From assembly GCA_003281685.1 (NCBI GenBank), contig QCBH01000003.1, forward strand, positions 48,234-112,233: a stretch of DNA of 64,000 bases, in the 5' to 3' direction. Within the stretch, counting starts at the first letter, position 1. Each line of letters starts with the position of its first letter. The notes beneath the pieces are model-generated. The model saw nothing but the letters and a program-made list of their open reading frames with translations, had not been told where the DNA came from and made no database searches. The position numbers were made by a program, and so were the translations under genes. Below are positions 44,694 to 55,852 of this stretch, one piece after another. Source of the DNA: Prochlorococcus sp. AG-347-E23 (GTDB taxonomy: Bacteria > Cyanobacteriota > Cyanobacteriia > PCC-6307 > Cyanobiaceae).

Positions 44694-47600
44694 CTATTTC
44701 TTTAATGCATTAATAAGAGGAGCATATAATCTGAACGATAATTCATCAAAATTATTATTTCTCAAAAAGAAATCTGGTTCTTTATCATTTCCAAAACATA
44801 ATTTCATTTCGATATTATCTCTTTCTCCTTTAGAAAAAGATTTATTACCAATCCATCTATCTGTAAAAGCTTTTTTCTCATTTTTTGATTTTATTTTTGC
44901 TTCTACGTATTTATAAAAACTTTCTGGAGGAAGAGGAAAACATTTTTCAGAATAATTTTTAAAAATATTTATGTATTCCTCCAAAATTAAATTTGACTCA
45001 ATTTCTCCAGGTGATTGAATAATTTGCGATTTATAATAATTTTCTGTTCTAAAAATTACTTTAGTCTTTTTTATATTATTCTTTAAAGAAGAAATGAAGA
45101 GTGATTTTATCCAAGCCTCTGTCAAACGACTTAAACTTAGTTTCGAATGAATTAATTCAATAACGGTGTCATCAGCGATAAAATATTCTTGTTTATTTGC
45201 ATTTGATTTAACATAAATTCTATTAATCTGATTATGTTGACTCAAGCTTATAGATAGACTTTCTAATAAATCTTTGATTTCTTTTTCTTTTATAATATTA
45301 CTATTTTTGGGCATAATAATACCATTTTCAACCAATTGATCATTCATATTCAAATTTTTTAAATCATCAATAACATTATGGTTATCAATCTCTAATTCCT
45401 GGATTATTTTTGTAATTAATTGCGACTTCTGCAGATTACTTACATACTCTTCATCCGGATGATGAATAAATATTTCCTTGGGAGAAATATTTTTTTTATT
45501 TAGCCAATATTTTTGTGGAGTCTTGAACCAATAAATCAGTTCTGATAATTTATAGTTTTCACTATCAAATTTTTTTTCATTAAAATCTATATCTTCTACT
45601 AAACAATAATTGCTTTTAACTATCTCAGAACTTTCAAGATCAATTATTTCTTTTTTATTTAAATCAGAATATTTAATTATTAGTTCTCTTTGACTTTGGT
45701 TTAAAAAACTATCAAAAAAAGAAATTAACTCTTTTATAGGAAAAGAAACATCTAATTTTTTATTGTTTTTGTCATTCTTTACCCAAGTAACTATAAATTT
45801 ATCTCTACAGGAAATTAACAACTCAAGAAAGGAATATTTCTCTCTTTCAAAAACTGATGGATCGCCAAGATGATATTTATTATGTAATAAATTAATATTT
45901 TCATTCTTTGATAATTTTGGATAATAAACACTATTCATGTCTATTAAGAAGATAACCTTGTGTGGAATATTCCTTGAATTTTCAATATCACTTATAAGGA
46001 TCTTATTGATACGTGATTTGCTTTGATATTTAGCTTCATTTATGCAAGAAATTAACATCTCTCTAAAAACATTTAACAAAATAAGATCATCAGTGATTAA
46101 AGGTATTGAGTGATTATCAAGAATTCTATTTATTTCACTTATTTCTAAATTGAAATTTGCATTAGAATCAGAAATACTTTTTAATATAAACTTTATCTTC
46201 TCAACCCAACTTGAGTAAGAAAAAGATCCTCTTAGTAAATTAATATATTTTTTAAAATCAAATAACAATTTTACCCATTTATTCAAATCCAAACTAATGT
46301 TTTTTAAGCTAAATGGTTTTAAATTAAAATTACCTAAATCGACTTCTTTTTCATAAATTAGGCCTAAAGTAATTCTATTTATACACCACTCTAGAGTATT
46401 TTTTTCTTCACCTAATCTTTCATTAGCATCTAATCCCCAATGAAAACCGACTTGGGTAAGTAAGAAAATAATTTCATCCTTCTCAGTAATATCAAAATCA
46501 AAAATGTTCTGAGTTACTTTTTTTGAAAGAATATAATCAATTTTTTCAAGGGTAATTTTCTCATTTACTATTTCAGTGATGTCAATTAAAAATTTATAAA
46601 TGTCTGGGGAATCATAATTATCATTATCAATAAAAAAATAAGGTATTTTCTGACCATTAATTAATTCATTATTAAAGATATACCTTAGATAAGGTTTAAT
46701 TTGATTAGTTTGTGGAGATAAAACAGCAATATCACTATATTTAATATTCTCGCACGAATTTATAATTTCTATAATTTTATTTCTTATATATTCTAATTGA
46801 CTATTCTGATTCAAATGCTCACACAGTAATATTGAATCATCCCTTTCTTTTACTATAAAATCACTGCTATTATTATCAATTAGTCTTTTTTGTATTTGAT
46901 TAAGAAGAGGAATATCTTTCTTCTCATAAAAATTAGTTGTTGGATCAATATATATTAAATTATTTTTTAAATTTATACCTTCCTTATTAATATTTTCCTC
47001 AATTAATTTCTGAAAGTTTGCCCCAAATTTACCAAATATTTTCTCTATATTTGTATTGTTTAAATTTAATTTACTTTCAAAATTATCAAATTCCAACTCG
47101 CCTTGAAGACAATTAATTCTATTCCAAAAATCATCTCCTGCAGATAATAAATATAAATTAACCTTAGTAAATTTTGAAAGTTCTGAATAAAAATTAATAT
47201 GTATTTTAGATAAGTTATTATCGCAAATAATATAAATTTGATTTGGTACTTTAATTTGTAAGTTTTTAATTTTTCTTAAATTCTTTATTACTTCAATCAT
47301 GTATAAACATGAAGGCTTTTCATTTATTTTTCTCTCTAATAATTTATATAAAATAGGTTGCCAAAACTGATCTGAATTTAAATTCTTAAATAGTTTAAGT
47401 GAATTAATTTCATATCTATTCCATTCAGCAATCATTTCAGGTCTAAAAATTAGATAATCAATAAAATTATTCGTGATCTTTTTTGTCAAATTATATATGT
47501 CTCCATCAATTGTCTTTTTATTATCCAAATATTTATTAATCCAATTTCTAATCGGAAACGATTCTTTAAAGCTATTTAATTCTTCTAATGAATCAATAAT

Positions 47601-47876
47601 GCCCCATTTAATAGAATCAAAATTCCATAAACCCATATCTATTCCTGGGAAAAAATTTGTCAATATTGATTCCGTATAACTTGATATTGTCTTTAATTCA
47701 TAAAGAGCACTTATTTTGTTTTTTATAGTTATTTGTTCACTTAACCATTTACCCAAAAAATAATTGGGAACAGCTATTTCTAAATTCTCATTAATGAGAG
47801 GAGGACATATTTTTAATTCTTCTGTCAACAGCTCACTAATAACTTCAATTTTGTTTGACTTATATAGATTGAGCAA
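44694..47876 (-). CDS. recC: Exodeoxyribonuclease V gamma subunit
   Basis: LYKSNKIE N-terminus, AVPNYFLGKWL; 1060 aa; clustered with recB and recD. Confidence 0.85.
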   Translation of the reverse strand: MLNLYKSNKIEVISELLTEELKICPPLINENLEIAVPNYFLGKWLSEQITIKNKISALYELKTISSYTESILTNFFPGIDMGLWNFDSIKWGIIDSLEELNSFKESFPIRNWINKYLDNKKTIDGDIYNLTKKITNNFIDYLIFRPEMIAEWNRYEINSLKLFKNLNSDQFWQPILYKLLERKINEKPSCLYMIEVIKNLRKIKNLQIKVPNQIYIICDNNLSKIHINFYSELSKFTKVNLYLLSAGDDFWNRINCLQGELEFDNFESKLNLNNTNIEKIFGKFGANFQKLIEENINKEGINLKNNLIYIDPTTNFYEKKDIPLLNQIQKRLIDNNSSDFIVKERDDSILLCEHLNQNSQLEYIRNKIIEIINSCENIKYSDIAVLSPQTNQIKPYLRYIFNNELINGQKIPYFFIDNDNYDSPDIYKFLIDITEIVNEKITLEKIDYILSKKVTQNIFDFDITEKDEIIFLLTQVGFHWGLDANERLGEEKNTLEWCINRITLGLIYEKEVDLGNFNLKPFSLKNISLDLNKWVKLLFDFKKYINLLRGSFSYSSWVEKIKFILKSISDSNANFNLEISEINRILDNHSIPLITDDLILLNVFREMLISCINEAKYQSKSRINKILISDIENSRNIPHKVIFLIDMNSVYYPKLSKNENINLLHNKYHLGDPSVFEREKYSFLELLISCRDKFIVTWVKNDKNNKKLDVSFPIKELISFFDSFLNQSQRELIIKYSDLNKKEIIDLESSEIVKSNYCLVEDIDFNEKKFDSENYKLSELIYWFKTPQKYWLNKKNISPKEIFIHHPDEEYVSNLQKSQLITKIIQELEIDNHNVIDDLKNLNMNDQLVENGIIMPKNSNIIKEKEIKDLLESLSISLSQHNQINRIYVKSNANKQEYFIADDTVIELIHSKLSLSRLTEAWIKSLFISSLKNNIKKTKVIFRTENYYKSQIIQSPGEIESNLILEEYINIFKNYSEKCFPLPPESFYKYVEAKIKSKNEKKAFTDRWIGNKSFSKGERDNIEMKLCFGNDKEPDFFLRNNNFDELSFRLYAPLINALKK

Positions 47877-47893
47877 TTTATTGGTTGGTAATA

Positions 47894-48211
47894 TTACTCA
47901 AGTTTAAATGGATCAGTTATTTCTGCATTCGGACATTCGAATTCCCCAACAGCAACAAACTCTAAACGCAGCTTTAAGAAAGTTATGAATTTTTTATCCG
48001 TCGATAAAATGGCTGCTGGGGGAGATGGAATCTTTGCTTTTAAATCAACAAATTGGGTAGTTTGCAAAAATGATGGATTTTTTAAAAGCCAGAAATCTAT
48101 TACTTTATTGTTCTCTTTATAGTTCCTTATCCTCTCTCTCAAAATCTCCTCAATTGGTTCTTCAACTGTTAAAAACTTTTCACTTGCCGCCACAAAATAA
48201 TATTTTGTCAT
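47894..48211 (-). CDS. ycf54: Ycf54, Mg-protoporphyrin monomethyl ester cyclase auxiliary protein
   Basis: YYFVAASEKFL, EEILRER, DFWL and FITFLKLRL motifs. Confidence 0.92.
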   Translation of the reverse strand: MTKYYFVAASEKFLTVEEPIEEILRERIRNYKENNKVIDFWLLKNPSFLQTTQFVDLKAKIPSPPAAILSTDKKFITFLKLRLEFVAVGEFECPNAEITDPFKLE

Positions 48212-48219
48212 TTTGAAAT

Positions 48220-48936
48220 TTAATTTGATGTAATAAGGGACTTCATTTCACGTACAGACTTTTCTAATCCTACCGCTAAAGCCCTTGCAACAATACTATG
48301 ACCTATGTTTAACTCGTTCATATTGTTAATTGATGCAATTTTTTTAACATTATTGTAGTTAAGGCCATGACCAGCATTAACAACTAATCCGAGGTCATTT
48401 GCTAAATGTGTAGACTCTATAATCCTTTGAAGCTCTATGTACTGTTTAGATCCCGATAGCTCTGCATATTTTCCAGTATGTAATTCTATAAAGTTAACCC
48501 CTATTTCTTTGGAATAATTTATCTGGTCACCAATAGGATCAATAAATGCACTTACTTCAATATCTGAATCTTTTAAATCTCTAACAAAATTCTTAAGGTA
48601 TTTCATATTACTTTTTACATCCAACCCGCCTTCAGTAGTAACTTCCTCTCTTTTCTCGGGTACAAGCGTTACATAATCGGGAAGAATTTTTTTGGCAATT
48701 TCTAACATTTCTTCTGTAGCAGCCATCTCTAAATTGAGTTTTGTTTTTATAGTCTCTTTTAGAAGGAATAAGTCTCTATCTTGTATGTGTCTTCTATCTT
48801 CTCTCAGATGAACTGTTATGGAGTCTGCGCCTCCTAATTCAGCTAAAAAAGCAAATTGTACAGGGTCAGGCTCCACAGTTTTCCTTGCTTGCCTTACATT
48901 TGCAATATGATCAATGTTTACTCCTAAAGTAGCCAT
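48220..48936 (-). CDS. pdxJ: Pyridoxine 5'-phosphate synthase
   Basis: [23 protein letters not shown] and NAGHGL motifs. Confidence 0.97.
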   Translation of the reverse strand: MATLGVNIDHIANVRQARKTVEPDPVQFAFLAELGGADSITVHLREDRRHIQDRDLFLLKETIKTKLNLEMAATEEMLEIAKKILPDYVTLVPEKREEVTTEGGLDVKSNMKYLKNFVRDLKDSDIEVSAFIDPIGDQINYSKEIGVNFIELHTGKYAELSGSKQYIELQRIIESTHLANDLGLVVNAGHGLNYNNVKKIASINNMNELNIGHSIVARALAVGLEKSVREMKSLITSN

Positions 48937-49036
48937 AATTTTAAAAATCTTAGTTTCTAGACAATCTTGTAACCGCCCAATAATAGCTAATAAAAAAAGG
49001 CAAACACTTAGATTATTAATATATATTTAATAGAAC

Positions 49037-49711
49037 TTGAACAAGAAATCATTAGATATTTGGCATGAAATTAACCCTGTATTGGGATTTATTGCAATGT
49101 TCGTTACCCAAGACATCGTTTTGAGGTTCTTTTTTAGAAAGAAGAAAATATTAAATAATGGTTTTTCAATTCCCATAAATTCCTCTATTATTTTGGCTCC
49201 AACCCACAGATCAAGATGGGACGGTTTAATACTCACAATGGCAATGGGTAGAAGGGTAACAAAAAAGGATTGTAGATTTATGGTTACTAAATCCGAAATG
49301 AGAGGGATTCAAGGTTGGTTTTTAAAAAGACTTGGATGTTTTTCGATAAATCAATTATCTCCATCTCTCTCCGCGTTGAGATATGCGATTGATCTTATAG
49401 AAAAAAGAGAACAACTAGTTGTTTTCCCAGAAGGAAAGATTAATAAATATGGAAAACAATTAGTTCTCAAAGAAGGACTTTATAGATTAGCTAGATTAGC
49501 TACAAAAAACACATCATCCATTATTATTGTTCCAATTGGAATTGCCTATAGCAAAGTACCTCCAAACTTTAGGGGCGAATTTTGTTTATCCTTTGGCAAA
49601 CCAATAGCAATTAAGGATTACTTAAACTTTACTATCAAAGACTTTAATATATTTTTAAATAAAAAAATGACACAAGAGGAAGAAAAAGCATTAAAAAATG
49701 TAGGAAGATGA
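49037..49711 (+). CDS. plsC: 1-acyl-sn-glycerol-3-phosphate acyltransferase family
   Basis: HRSRWD (HX4D) and FPEG motifs. Confidence 0.85.
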   Translation: MNKKSLDIWHEINPVLGFIAMFVTQDIVLRFFFRKKKILNNGFSIPINSSIILAPTHRSRWDGLILTMAMGRRVTKKDCRFMVTKSEMRGIQGWFLKRLGCFSINQLSPSLSALRYAIDLIEKREQLVVFPEGKINKYGKQLVLKEGLYRLARLATKNTSSIIIVPIGIAYSKVPPNFRGEFCLSFGKPIAIKDYLNFTIKDFNIFLNKKMTQEEEKALKNVGR

Positions 49712-49742
49712 ATCTGTAATAAGTTACTATGAATTCTAATAA

Positions 49743-50270
49743 TTGAATAAGAAAATGAAATTCTTAAAATTAATCTCAATTTTATTTATATTTTTTGGAA
49801 ATTTCTATTATAAAGATACAGTTCATGCAGAAATCAAGAGCCAAGAAGACTATAAGGTGCTTTCAAGTGATGGTAAAAAGCTTTCCATTTCAAACGTAGA
49901 ATATTTCATAAAAGAAGGTGATCAATATATTAAAAGCGGTGATTTCGATAAGGCTAAGGATTCCTATTTAGACGCAAGAAAATTAGCAAAGCAACTTGCG
50001 TCTTTTTATTCTGATCTAAATTCTTCCTTCATAGGTATTGATGCGAGAATTCCTAATGAAATGCGAATTAAAGGTAAGCAAACATTACAAATTTTGGCAG
50101 AGTCAAATGATCGATTAGCATCTCTTTATATAAAAACAGAACAACCTGAGGTTGCGGTTCCTTTACTTGTTGAAACAATTAGAATAATGTCTCCTAATAG
50201 TAGAGAAGGTAAAGAAGCTTATGAAAGATTGATACAACTTGGATTTGTTGAGACAAAATACAAAGGTTAA
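49743..50270 (+). CDS. Conserved hypothetical secreted helical (TPR-like) protein
   Basis: Signal peptide, helical repeats; ATG at 49755 is an alternative start. Confidence 0.7.
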   Translation: MNKKMKFLKLISILFIFFGNFYYKDTVHAEIKSQEDYKVLSSDGKKLSISNVEYFIKEGDQYIKSGDFDKAKDSYLDARKLAKQLASFYSDLNSSFIGIDARIPNEMRIKGKQTLQILAESNDRLASLYIKTEQPEVAVPLLVETIRIMSPNSREGKEAYERLIQLGFVETKYKG

Positions 50271-50279
50271 TTTAAAATT

Positions 50280-50510
50280 ATGATTACAAAAGCAGAAGTT
50301 ATTAGTTTAGTTACTAAAAAATTACCAAATTCCAAAGTTTTTGTTGAAAACATTAAGGGAAATGATCATTTGCAAGTAACTGTAATTGCATCTGAATTCG
50401 ATGGATTATCATTAGTTAAACAACACCAGCTAGTCTATTCTGCTTTAAGGAAAGAATTAGCTACAGAGGCTATTCATGCTCTGGCATTAAAAACAGAAAC
50501 TCCAAATTGA
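50280..50510 (+). CDS. bolA: BolA family protein
   Basis: HLQVTV, LVKQHQLVY and IHALAL motifs; adjacent to grxD. Confidence 0.93.
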   Translation: MITKAEVISLVTKKLPNSKVFVENIKGNDHLQVTVIASEFDGLSLVKQHQLVYSALRKELATEAIHALALKTETPN

Positions 50511-50513
50511 ATT

Positions 50514-50837
50514 ATGGAAAACCTTACAAAAGATAAAATACAAAAACTAATTGACTCTAATCCAGTAATGGTTTTCATGAAAGGGACAAAATTAATGCCT
50601 CAATGCGGTTTTTCCAACAATGTAGTTCAAATTCTAAATTCCCTTGGGGTGGAATTTAGTACTTTTGATGTTTTAAGTGATTTTGCTATACGTGAAGGTA
50701 TTAAAGAATATTCAGATTGGCCAACAATCCCTCAAGTTTACTTAAAAGGAGAATTTCTTGGTGGATCAGATATTCTTATTGAGATGTACAACTCAGGATC
50801 TCTCAAAGAGAAAATAGAAATTGAATTAGCGTCTTAA
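50514..50837 (+). CDS. grxD: Monothiol glutaredoxin (CGFS)
   Basis: PQCGFS and WPTIPQ motifs. Confidence 0.96.
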   Translation: MENLTKDKIQKLIDSNPVMVFMKGTKLMPQCGFSNNVVQILNSLGVEFSTFDVLSDFAIREGIKEYSDWPTIPQVYLKGEFLGGSDILIEMYNSGSLKEKIEIELAS

Positions 50838-50886
50838 GACAATTAGTAAGTATAAATACTGAATTGTTTAATAAAAATTAATATTT

Positions 50887-51156
50887 TTAAATTCTTTTTT
50901 TATCAAAAAAACCTTTGTTTCCGTCCCCCTCTGGATCAATAAAACTTGACGGATCTAAAATCCATCTTTCAATTAATCCTTCTAATTTTTCCTGATCCTT
51001 TTGCTCTAAACTACTGCAATTCCTTAAGGCTTGGAGATAACCATCACTATATAGTTTAAGATCAGATGGCGTATGAAAGCGAGTAACTAAGTCTTGGCAA
51101 CTATCGCAAATTGATTGAAAATGACGAATTGCTTTTGGATTTTCAAATGATGTCAT
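50887..51156 (-). CDS. Conserved cyanobacterial hypothetical protein
   Basis: 89-aa ORF (IRHFQSICD...YSDGYLQAL). Confidence 0.75.
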   Translation of the reverse strand: MTSFENPKAIRHFQSICDSCQDLVTRFHTPSDLKLYSDGYLQALRNCSSLEQKDQEKLEGLIERWILDPSSFIDPEGDGNKGFFDKKRI

Positions 51157-51242
51157 AATTTGATAGATTCTGATTTTTATTTAGCATTTGTTATACCTTA
51201 TTAAGGATGATCAAAAATTGCCTGGCCAAACAGTAATTAAGA

Positions 51243-51980
51243 ATGCAATCAACTGAGCAAATCTTAGCTTCAACTCCTGGCAGTTCACAATTGCCTCAGA
51301 GCTCTCAAACTCCTTCAAGAGTTCTAGTTGTTGAACCTCACCCCACACTTAGAACAGTCCTTGTGCAAAGGCTACGCCAAGATGGCCATTTAGCTGCGGC
51401 AGTAGGTACTGCTGCAGAAGCTATTGACTTATGCAGAGAACAATCACCTGACTTATTAGTTAGCGCAGAAATCCTAGATCAGAATACTGCAATGAAATTA
51501 GCCCAACAATTGGGTTCTTCTGTCATAGTTCTAACTGCAAGATCTGGTGTTGAAGCATTAGTAAATCTATTAGATGAAGGGGCAGATGATGTTCTCAGAA
51601 AACCTTTTGGACTCGAAGAGCTTGCAGCAAGATGCAGAACACTTTTAAAAAGGGGAAGGATAGGATTACAAGAAAAAGTTGAAGTTGGACCTCTAGAGGT
51701 TCATCTTCTTTTAAGGCAAGTTACTCTTAGTGAGAAGCCCGTGGAATTAAGCCCTAGGGAGTTTGCACTGCTTTGCGCTCTATTGATGCCTCCAGGTATG
51801 GTTAGAAGCCGTCAAGAGCTCTTAAGGATGGCCTGGCCGCCCTTCAGTGGAGGTCCTAGGTCTGTAGATACCCAGGTTTTAACTCTCCGTAGAAAATTAG
51901 AACAAGCTGGATTGGGAGAAGGTGGGGGAATAACTACTGTTAGACAACAAGGTTACCGATTCAGTATTGATAATATTTAA
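51243..51980 (+). CDS. OmpR-family response regulator with degenerate receiver
   Basis: Receiver fold with KPF; winged helix (LSPREF, VDTQV, GYRF); phospho-Asp position reads Ala. Confidence 0.92.
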   Translation: MQSTEQILASTPGSSQLPQSSQTPSRVLVVEPHPTLRTVLVQRLRQDGHLAAAVGTAAEAIDLCREQSPDLLVSAEILDQNTAMKLAQQLGSSVIVLTARSGVEALVNLLDEGADDVLRKPFGLEELAARCRTLLKRGRIGLQEKVEVGPLEVHLLLRQVTLSEKPVELSPREFALLCALLMPPGMVRSRQELLRMAWPPFSGGPRSVDTQVLTLRRKLEQAGLGEGGGITTVRQQGYRFSIDNI

Positions 51981-52483
51981 TTTAGAAAAGCAAAAAGTTC
52001 ACCAGTAATCATTAAAACTGATAAGAATGTCAGTAATTTATATGTCCATAGTGGTGATATGTAAGATATTTCATTAATTGAAATCCCAGTATTAATAGAA
52101 ACAATTAATAAAAATTTTTCAAAGTTTTCAACTCTTTGTGGGACAAGAAAATTATCACCTTGAAAAGTATTAAAGTAATAAACTTTACTACCCTGACTGG
52201 TTGGCAAAGATTTGATTTGTTTAATATCTTTCCATGAAATCTCCCAATTTTTTTTTCCAAAGAATTTAGAAATAAAGCTACTTTTGTATGAAATTTTATT
52301 ACTACAAGTTTCTACATAATCACTAGTGATATTGTTTATCAAATAAAGTCCTAAGGCAAAAAGTATAAAAGAGGGGATTTTTAATTTTTCGGTTGAAATA
52401 AATGGTAAAGGAATTGTAAGCGCTAAATAAAGAGAAATTAACGAACTTTTCACAAAAAAAAGAGTTTTAAATTTTTCTATCAT
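51977..52483 (-). CDS. Hypothetical membrane protein
   Basis: 168-aa ORF, TM segments at both ends. Confidence 0.7.
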   Translation of the reverse strand: MIEKFKTLFFVKSSLISLYLALTIPLPFISTEKLKIPSFILFALGLYLINNITSDYVETCSNKISYKSSFISKFFGKKNWEISWKDIKQIKSLPTSQGSKVYYFNTFQGDNFLVPQRVENFEKFLLIVSINTGISINEISYISPLWTYKLLTFLSVLMITGELFAFLN

Positions 52484-52498
52484 TTCAGAAGGATTGTT

Positions 52499-54043
52499 TT
52501 AATCGGGCAGTTTAAAACTGTTTATGTTTAACTTTGCACCTATTTTGTGAGCGCATGCGTATCCACTAAAAGCAACTGCATTTAGTCCTTGACCGGGGAA
52601 GCAAGAATCCCCTACACAATAAAGGTTTTGTATTTTTGTAGTGTTGAAAGGCATTGGCAAAAGTCCAAGCAACTTTTTACTGGGAATTGGCCCATAACTG
52701 CCTTCATATCTTCCAAGAAACTTTCTATGAGTTTTGGGAGTACCAATTTCTTTATGATCAATATTTTGTTCAAGATTAGGAAGAATAGTTGATATTTTTT
52801 CAACAAGAAAAGAAAAATATTTTTCTTTCTTTTGCAAATATTCTTTCCTTGATAGGCCTTCCCATTCACTCATCGATGAAGGAGTAAATGCATGCACGAT
52901 ATGTTTACCTTCTGGAGCCAAAGACGAGTCAAGCAAAGTAGGTATAGAAACAAAAACAACTCCTTTTTCGCTTTCTAATTCATCCCAATTTTCAACGATA
53001 ATATGGTGACAATTAAAATTATCGGATATAAGATTTTTTTCTACTCCAAGGTGAATCGAAACAAAAGAAGGTGAGGGTTTATAAGTTTCTGACCACTTAT
53101 ATTCACTTTTTGGCACGTTTTTACTAGAAATTAATCCTTTGGTATTATCTTTTAATCCAAATGTATCCCATCTAGTGGAGTTGGATACAATAATATTTGA
53201 ATATATCTTTTCCCCATTTGACAGCTTTACTCCTACCGCTTTCTCACCCTTTAAGAGTATTTCAGTCACATTGGCTTTATATCTAACTTTTCCTCCTAAT
53301 TTTTCAATACCAGAAACAAACTTCTCTGCTATCGTTCCAACTCCCCCTTTTGGATAATTTATCCCTCCAGCATGTCTATCTGTAAATACCATTCCCGCAT
53401 TAATCATAGGGGTTTTTAGAGCTGGCATTACAGACCAACAAAAACATTCAATATCGATAAATTTTAAAAGTTCAGGATCTTTTATAAACTTCCTCGCAAC
53501 ATCTCCTGCATTTGCAGGTAACCATCTGGCTAACCCTAAACAGGATAACGGAGATTTAAAGAAAACTTTAAAAAGATAACTTGGATCCTCTATTGATAAG
53601 AGAGGCATTGAATCTAAACATTTAAATACACTTGCACAAGTATCATAGAATTTCTTGATACCTTTTTTTTCCTTGGGGAAACTAGCTGATAATTTGTTTA
53701 TAAATTGCTCATAATTTTTATTTACAGAAATATTAAAGTTATGTGGTAAGTGATATTCCAGTTGAATAGGATCGGGAATAGTTTCGCATTTTTCATTCAC
53801 ATCTTTCAAAGCACGAGTTAATAGATTGGTATAACCTTTCTCTCCAAATCCAAAAATCATTGAAGCCCCTACATCAAAGGTATAGCCTTTTCTCTTAAAA
53901 GAGCCTCCACTCCCGCCTGGAATAATATATTTCTCAAGAACTAATACTTGAGCTCCTTTCGCCGCTAATTGTGAAGCAGTTACTAACCCTCCTATTCCTG
54001 AGCCAATAATAATTGCATCGATGTTTTCCTTATTAAATTTCAT
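52499..54043 (-). CDS. crtH: Carotenoid isomerase
   Basis: GSGIGG FAD motif, FDVGASMIFG and GDSCFPGQG motifs. Confidence 0.9.
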   Translation of the reverse strand: MKFNKENIDAIIIGSGIGGLVTASQLAAKGAQVLVLEKYIIPGGSGGSFKRKGYTFDVGASMIFGFGEKGYTNLLTRALKDVNEKCETIPDPIQLEYHLPHNFNISVNKNYEQFINKLSASFPKEKKGIKKFYDTCASVFKCLDSMPLLSIEDPSYLFKVFFKSPLSCLGLARWLPANAGDVARKFIKDPELLKFIDIECFCWSVMPALKTPMINAGMVFTDRHAGGINYPKGGVGTIAEKFVSGIEKLGGKVRYKANVTEILLKGEKAVGVKLSNGEKIYSNIIVSNSTRWDTFGLKDNTKGLISSKNVPKSEYKWSETYKPSPSFVSIHLGVEKNLISDNFNCHHIIVENWDELESEKGVVFVSIPTLLDSSLAPEGKHIVHAFTPSSMSEWEGLSRKEYLQKKEKYFSFLVEKISTILPNLEQNIDHKEIGTPKTHRKFLGRYEGSYGPIPSKKLLGLLPMPFNTTKIQNLYCVGDSCFPGQGLNAVAFSGYACAHKIGAKLNINSFKLPD

Positions 54044-54067
54044 TTTTAGGATCTTTGATAGTTAATC

Positions 54068-55480
54068 TTAGTAAATTTTGCTGAGTAAGTGGTCTTTATC
54101 AAAACAAGAATCTAGTTTATTTTTAAAGTCATTCAAGGCTTCTGTAGATCTTTCTTGATAAGCTTTGTACCTTAATCTTTTATCTTTTATTCTTTTAGTT
54201 AATTCTGGAACTAAACCAAATGAAGCAGGCATTGGTTGGAATTTATTCTTTTTCTGATTAGACAATATTTGATTTTTGTTACTGATAAAATTCATTAGAG
54301 AACCAATCATTGATTGATCAGGAAAACATAATGGTTTTTTACCCTTAGCTAATAAGGATGCATTTATTCCTGCAAGCAAGCCCCCTGCTGCTGCGGCTGC
54401 ATAACCTTCTGTCCCTGTTATTTGACCCGCAGCAAAAAGGTTTTCTCTTTTCATAAATTGCAATGTTGGTAAAAGTAATTTTGGAGATTCTAAAAAAGTA
54501 TTTCTATGCATTACTCCAAAACGTACAAACTCAGCCTTCGCTAAACCAGGAATCAACCTAAATATTCTTTTTTGCTCAGACCATTTGAGGTTAGTTTGAA
54601 AACCTACCATATTTAGCAATTTTCCTTCTAAATCTTCTTTCCTTAATTGAACAACTGCATGGGGTCGCATTTTTAATCTATTTTCCCTATCAAATAAATC
54701 TCCCCATTTTGGATTCCACAAACCAATAGATTTCAATGGTCCGTATCTCATTGTATCAACTCCTCTTCTAGCAATTTCTTCAATTGGTAAGCAAGCTTCA
54801 AAGAAATTAGCTGATTCTTTCTCAAAGTCTTTTAAATTAGCTTGTTCTCCTTGTATTAGTTCATTTCTGAAATGGATATAATGATTTTTATTCATAGGGC
54901 AATTTAGATATGCTGGATCTCCTTTGTCGTACCTACTAGCTTTAAATACAATCTCTTGATCAATAGTATCTCCATATATAATTGGACTAGCAGCATCAAA
55001 AAAATGACACGCATCGATTCCTGTAAAAGCTTGAATTTTATAAAACAATTCATCAGCAGTTAATGGACCAGTTGCGAGGATCGTTATATTTTCTTTGTTT
55101 GGGAGATCCAATTGTTCAAATCTCTTAATTTCAATTAAAGGATGATTAGATAAAGCATCAGTTAAAGCGATACTAAATTTAGATCTATCAACCGCCAAAG
55201 CGCCTCCTGCTGGAACAGCAAATTTGTCTGCTGTTTGAACTATTAATGATTTAAAAATTCTAAGTTCTTTTTGCAATAAACCGGCAGCTCTATCAGGACT
55301 TAAAGCACCAAAGCTATTACTACAAACCAATTCTCCAAACTCACCCGTATGATGAGCTGGAGTTGATTTGGTGGGTCTCATTTCGACTAATTTGACTGGT
55401 ATGCCAGAATTTGCTACTTGCCAAGCCGCTTCTGATCCTGCAAGACCAGCTCCAATAACTATTACTTTTTTCTCTGTCAA
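54068..55480 (-). CDS. trmFO: tRNA (uracil-54) methyltransferase TrmFO (Gid)
   Basis: [25 protein letters not shown] and GQITGTEGY motifs. Confidence 0.96.
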   Translation of the reverse strand: MTEKKVIVIGAGLAGSEAAWQVANSGIPVKLVEMRPTKSTPAHHTGEFGELVCSNSFGALSPDRAAGLLQKELRIFKSLIVQTADKFAVPAGGALAVDRSKFSIALTDALSNHPLIEIKRFEQLDLPNKENITILATGPLTADELFYKIQAFTGIDACHFFDAASPIIYGDTIDQEIVFKASRYDKGDPAYLNCPMNKNHYIHFRNELIQGEQANLKDFEKESANFFEACLPIEEIARRGVDTMRYGPLKSIGLWNPKWGDLFDRENRLKMRPHAVVQLRKEDLEGKLLNMVGFQTNLKWSEQKRIFRLIPGLAKAEFVRFGVMHRNTFLESPKLLLPTLQFMKRENLFAAGQITGTEGYAAAAAGGLLAGINASLLAKGKKPLCFPDQSMIGSLMNFISNKNQILSNQKKNKFQPMPASFGLVPELTKRIKDKRLRYKAYQERSTEALNDFKNKLDSCFDKDHLLSKIY

Positions 55481-55486
55481 ATTGAA

Positions 55487-55603
55487 TTAATCCTTACCCA
55501 AGAAATCTCTATTGAATTGCTCTCTTGCTGGTTTTTGTATATTAAATATTACCCAAGCTAAAGCAGCGATAATTGGAGCAAAAACTACGATTGTTCTGAG
55601 CAT
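55487..55603 (-). CDS. psbY: Photosystem II protein PsbY (not in ORF track)
   Basis: Manual translation [38 protein letters not shown]. Confidence 0.93.
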
Positions 55604-55780
55604 TTTAAAAATTCTGTTATTTATTAGATCATTTTAACTTTTAACTGTAAATTTAGAGAGAAATTTTAATTTTTTATTTCATAAGTTAAGAATTGTTTTT
55701 CTATTGTTCAACTTGAGATAAAAAGTTGTTTTTTTTACCTTAAAAAGGGATAATTTCATATGTACTCAATTTTACAAAAT

Positions 55781-55852
55781 GGGTCGCTAGCTCAGCGGTA
55801 GAGCATCCGGCTTTTAACCGGCTGGTCCTGAGTTCGAATCTCAGGCGACCCA
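55781..55852 (+). tRNA. tRNA-Lys (TTT)
   Basis: GGGTCGCTAGCTCAGCGGTAGAGCA...CCGG-CTTTTAA-CCGG...GTTCGAATC...GGCGACCCA. Confidence 0.97.

Noticed and set aside
38873-47876. Very AT-rich recD-recB-methyltransferase-recC block as horizontally acquired
   Set aside because: Frames are intact with no mobility signatures; consistent with fast-evolving core genes in a low-GC genome.
55761-55776. TGTA-N8-TACA directly upstream of tRNA-Lys
   Set aside because: A single box of this type is expected a few times by chance in 64 kb of AT-rich DNA, and there is no plausible NtcA-promoter geometry.
55781-55852. tRNA-Lys as an integration site
   Set aside because: No partial tRNA-Lys repeat found in the window, although island-like sequence starts after it.
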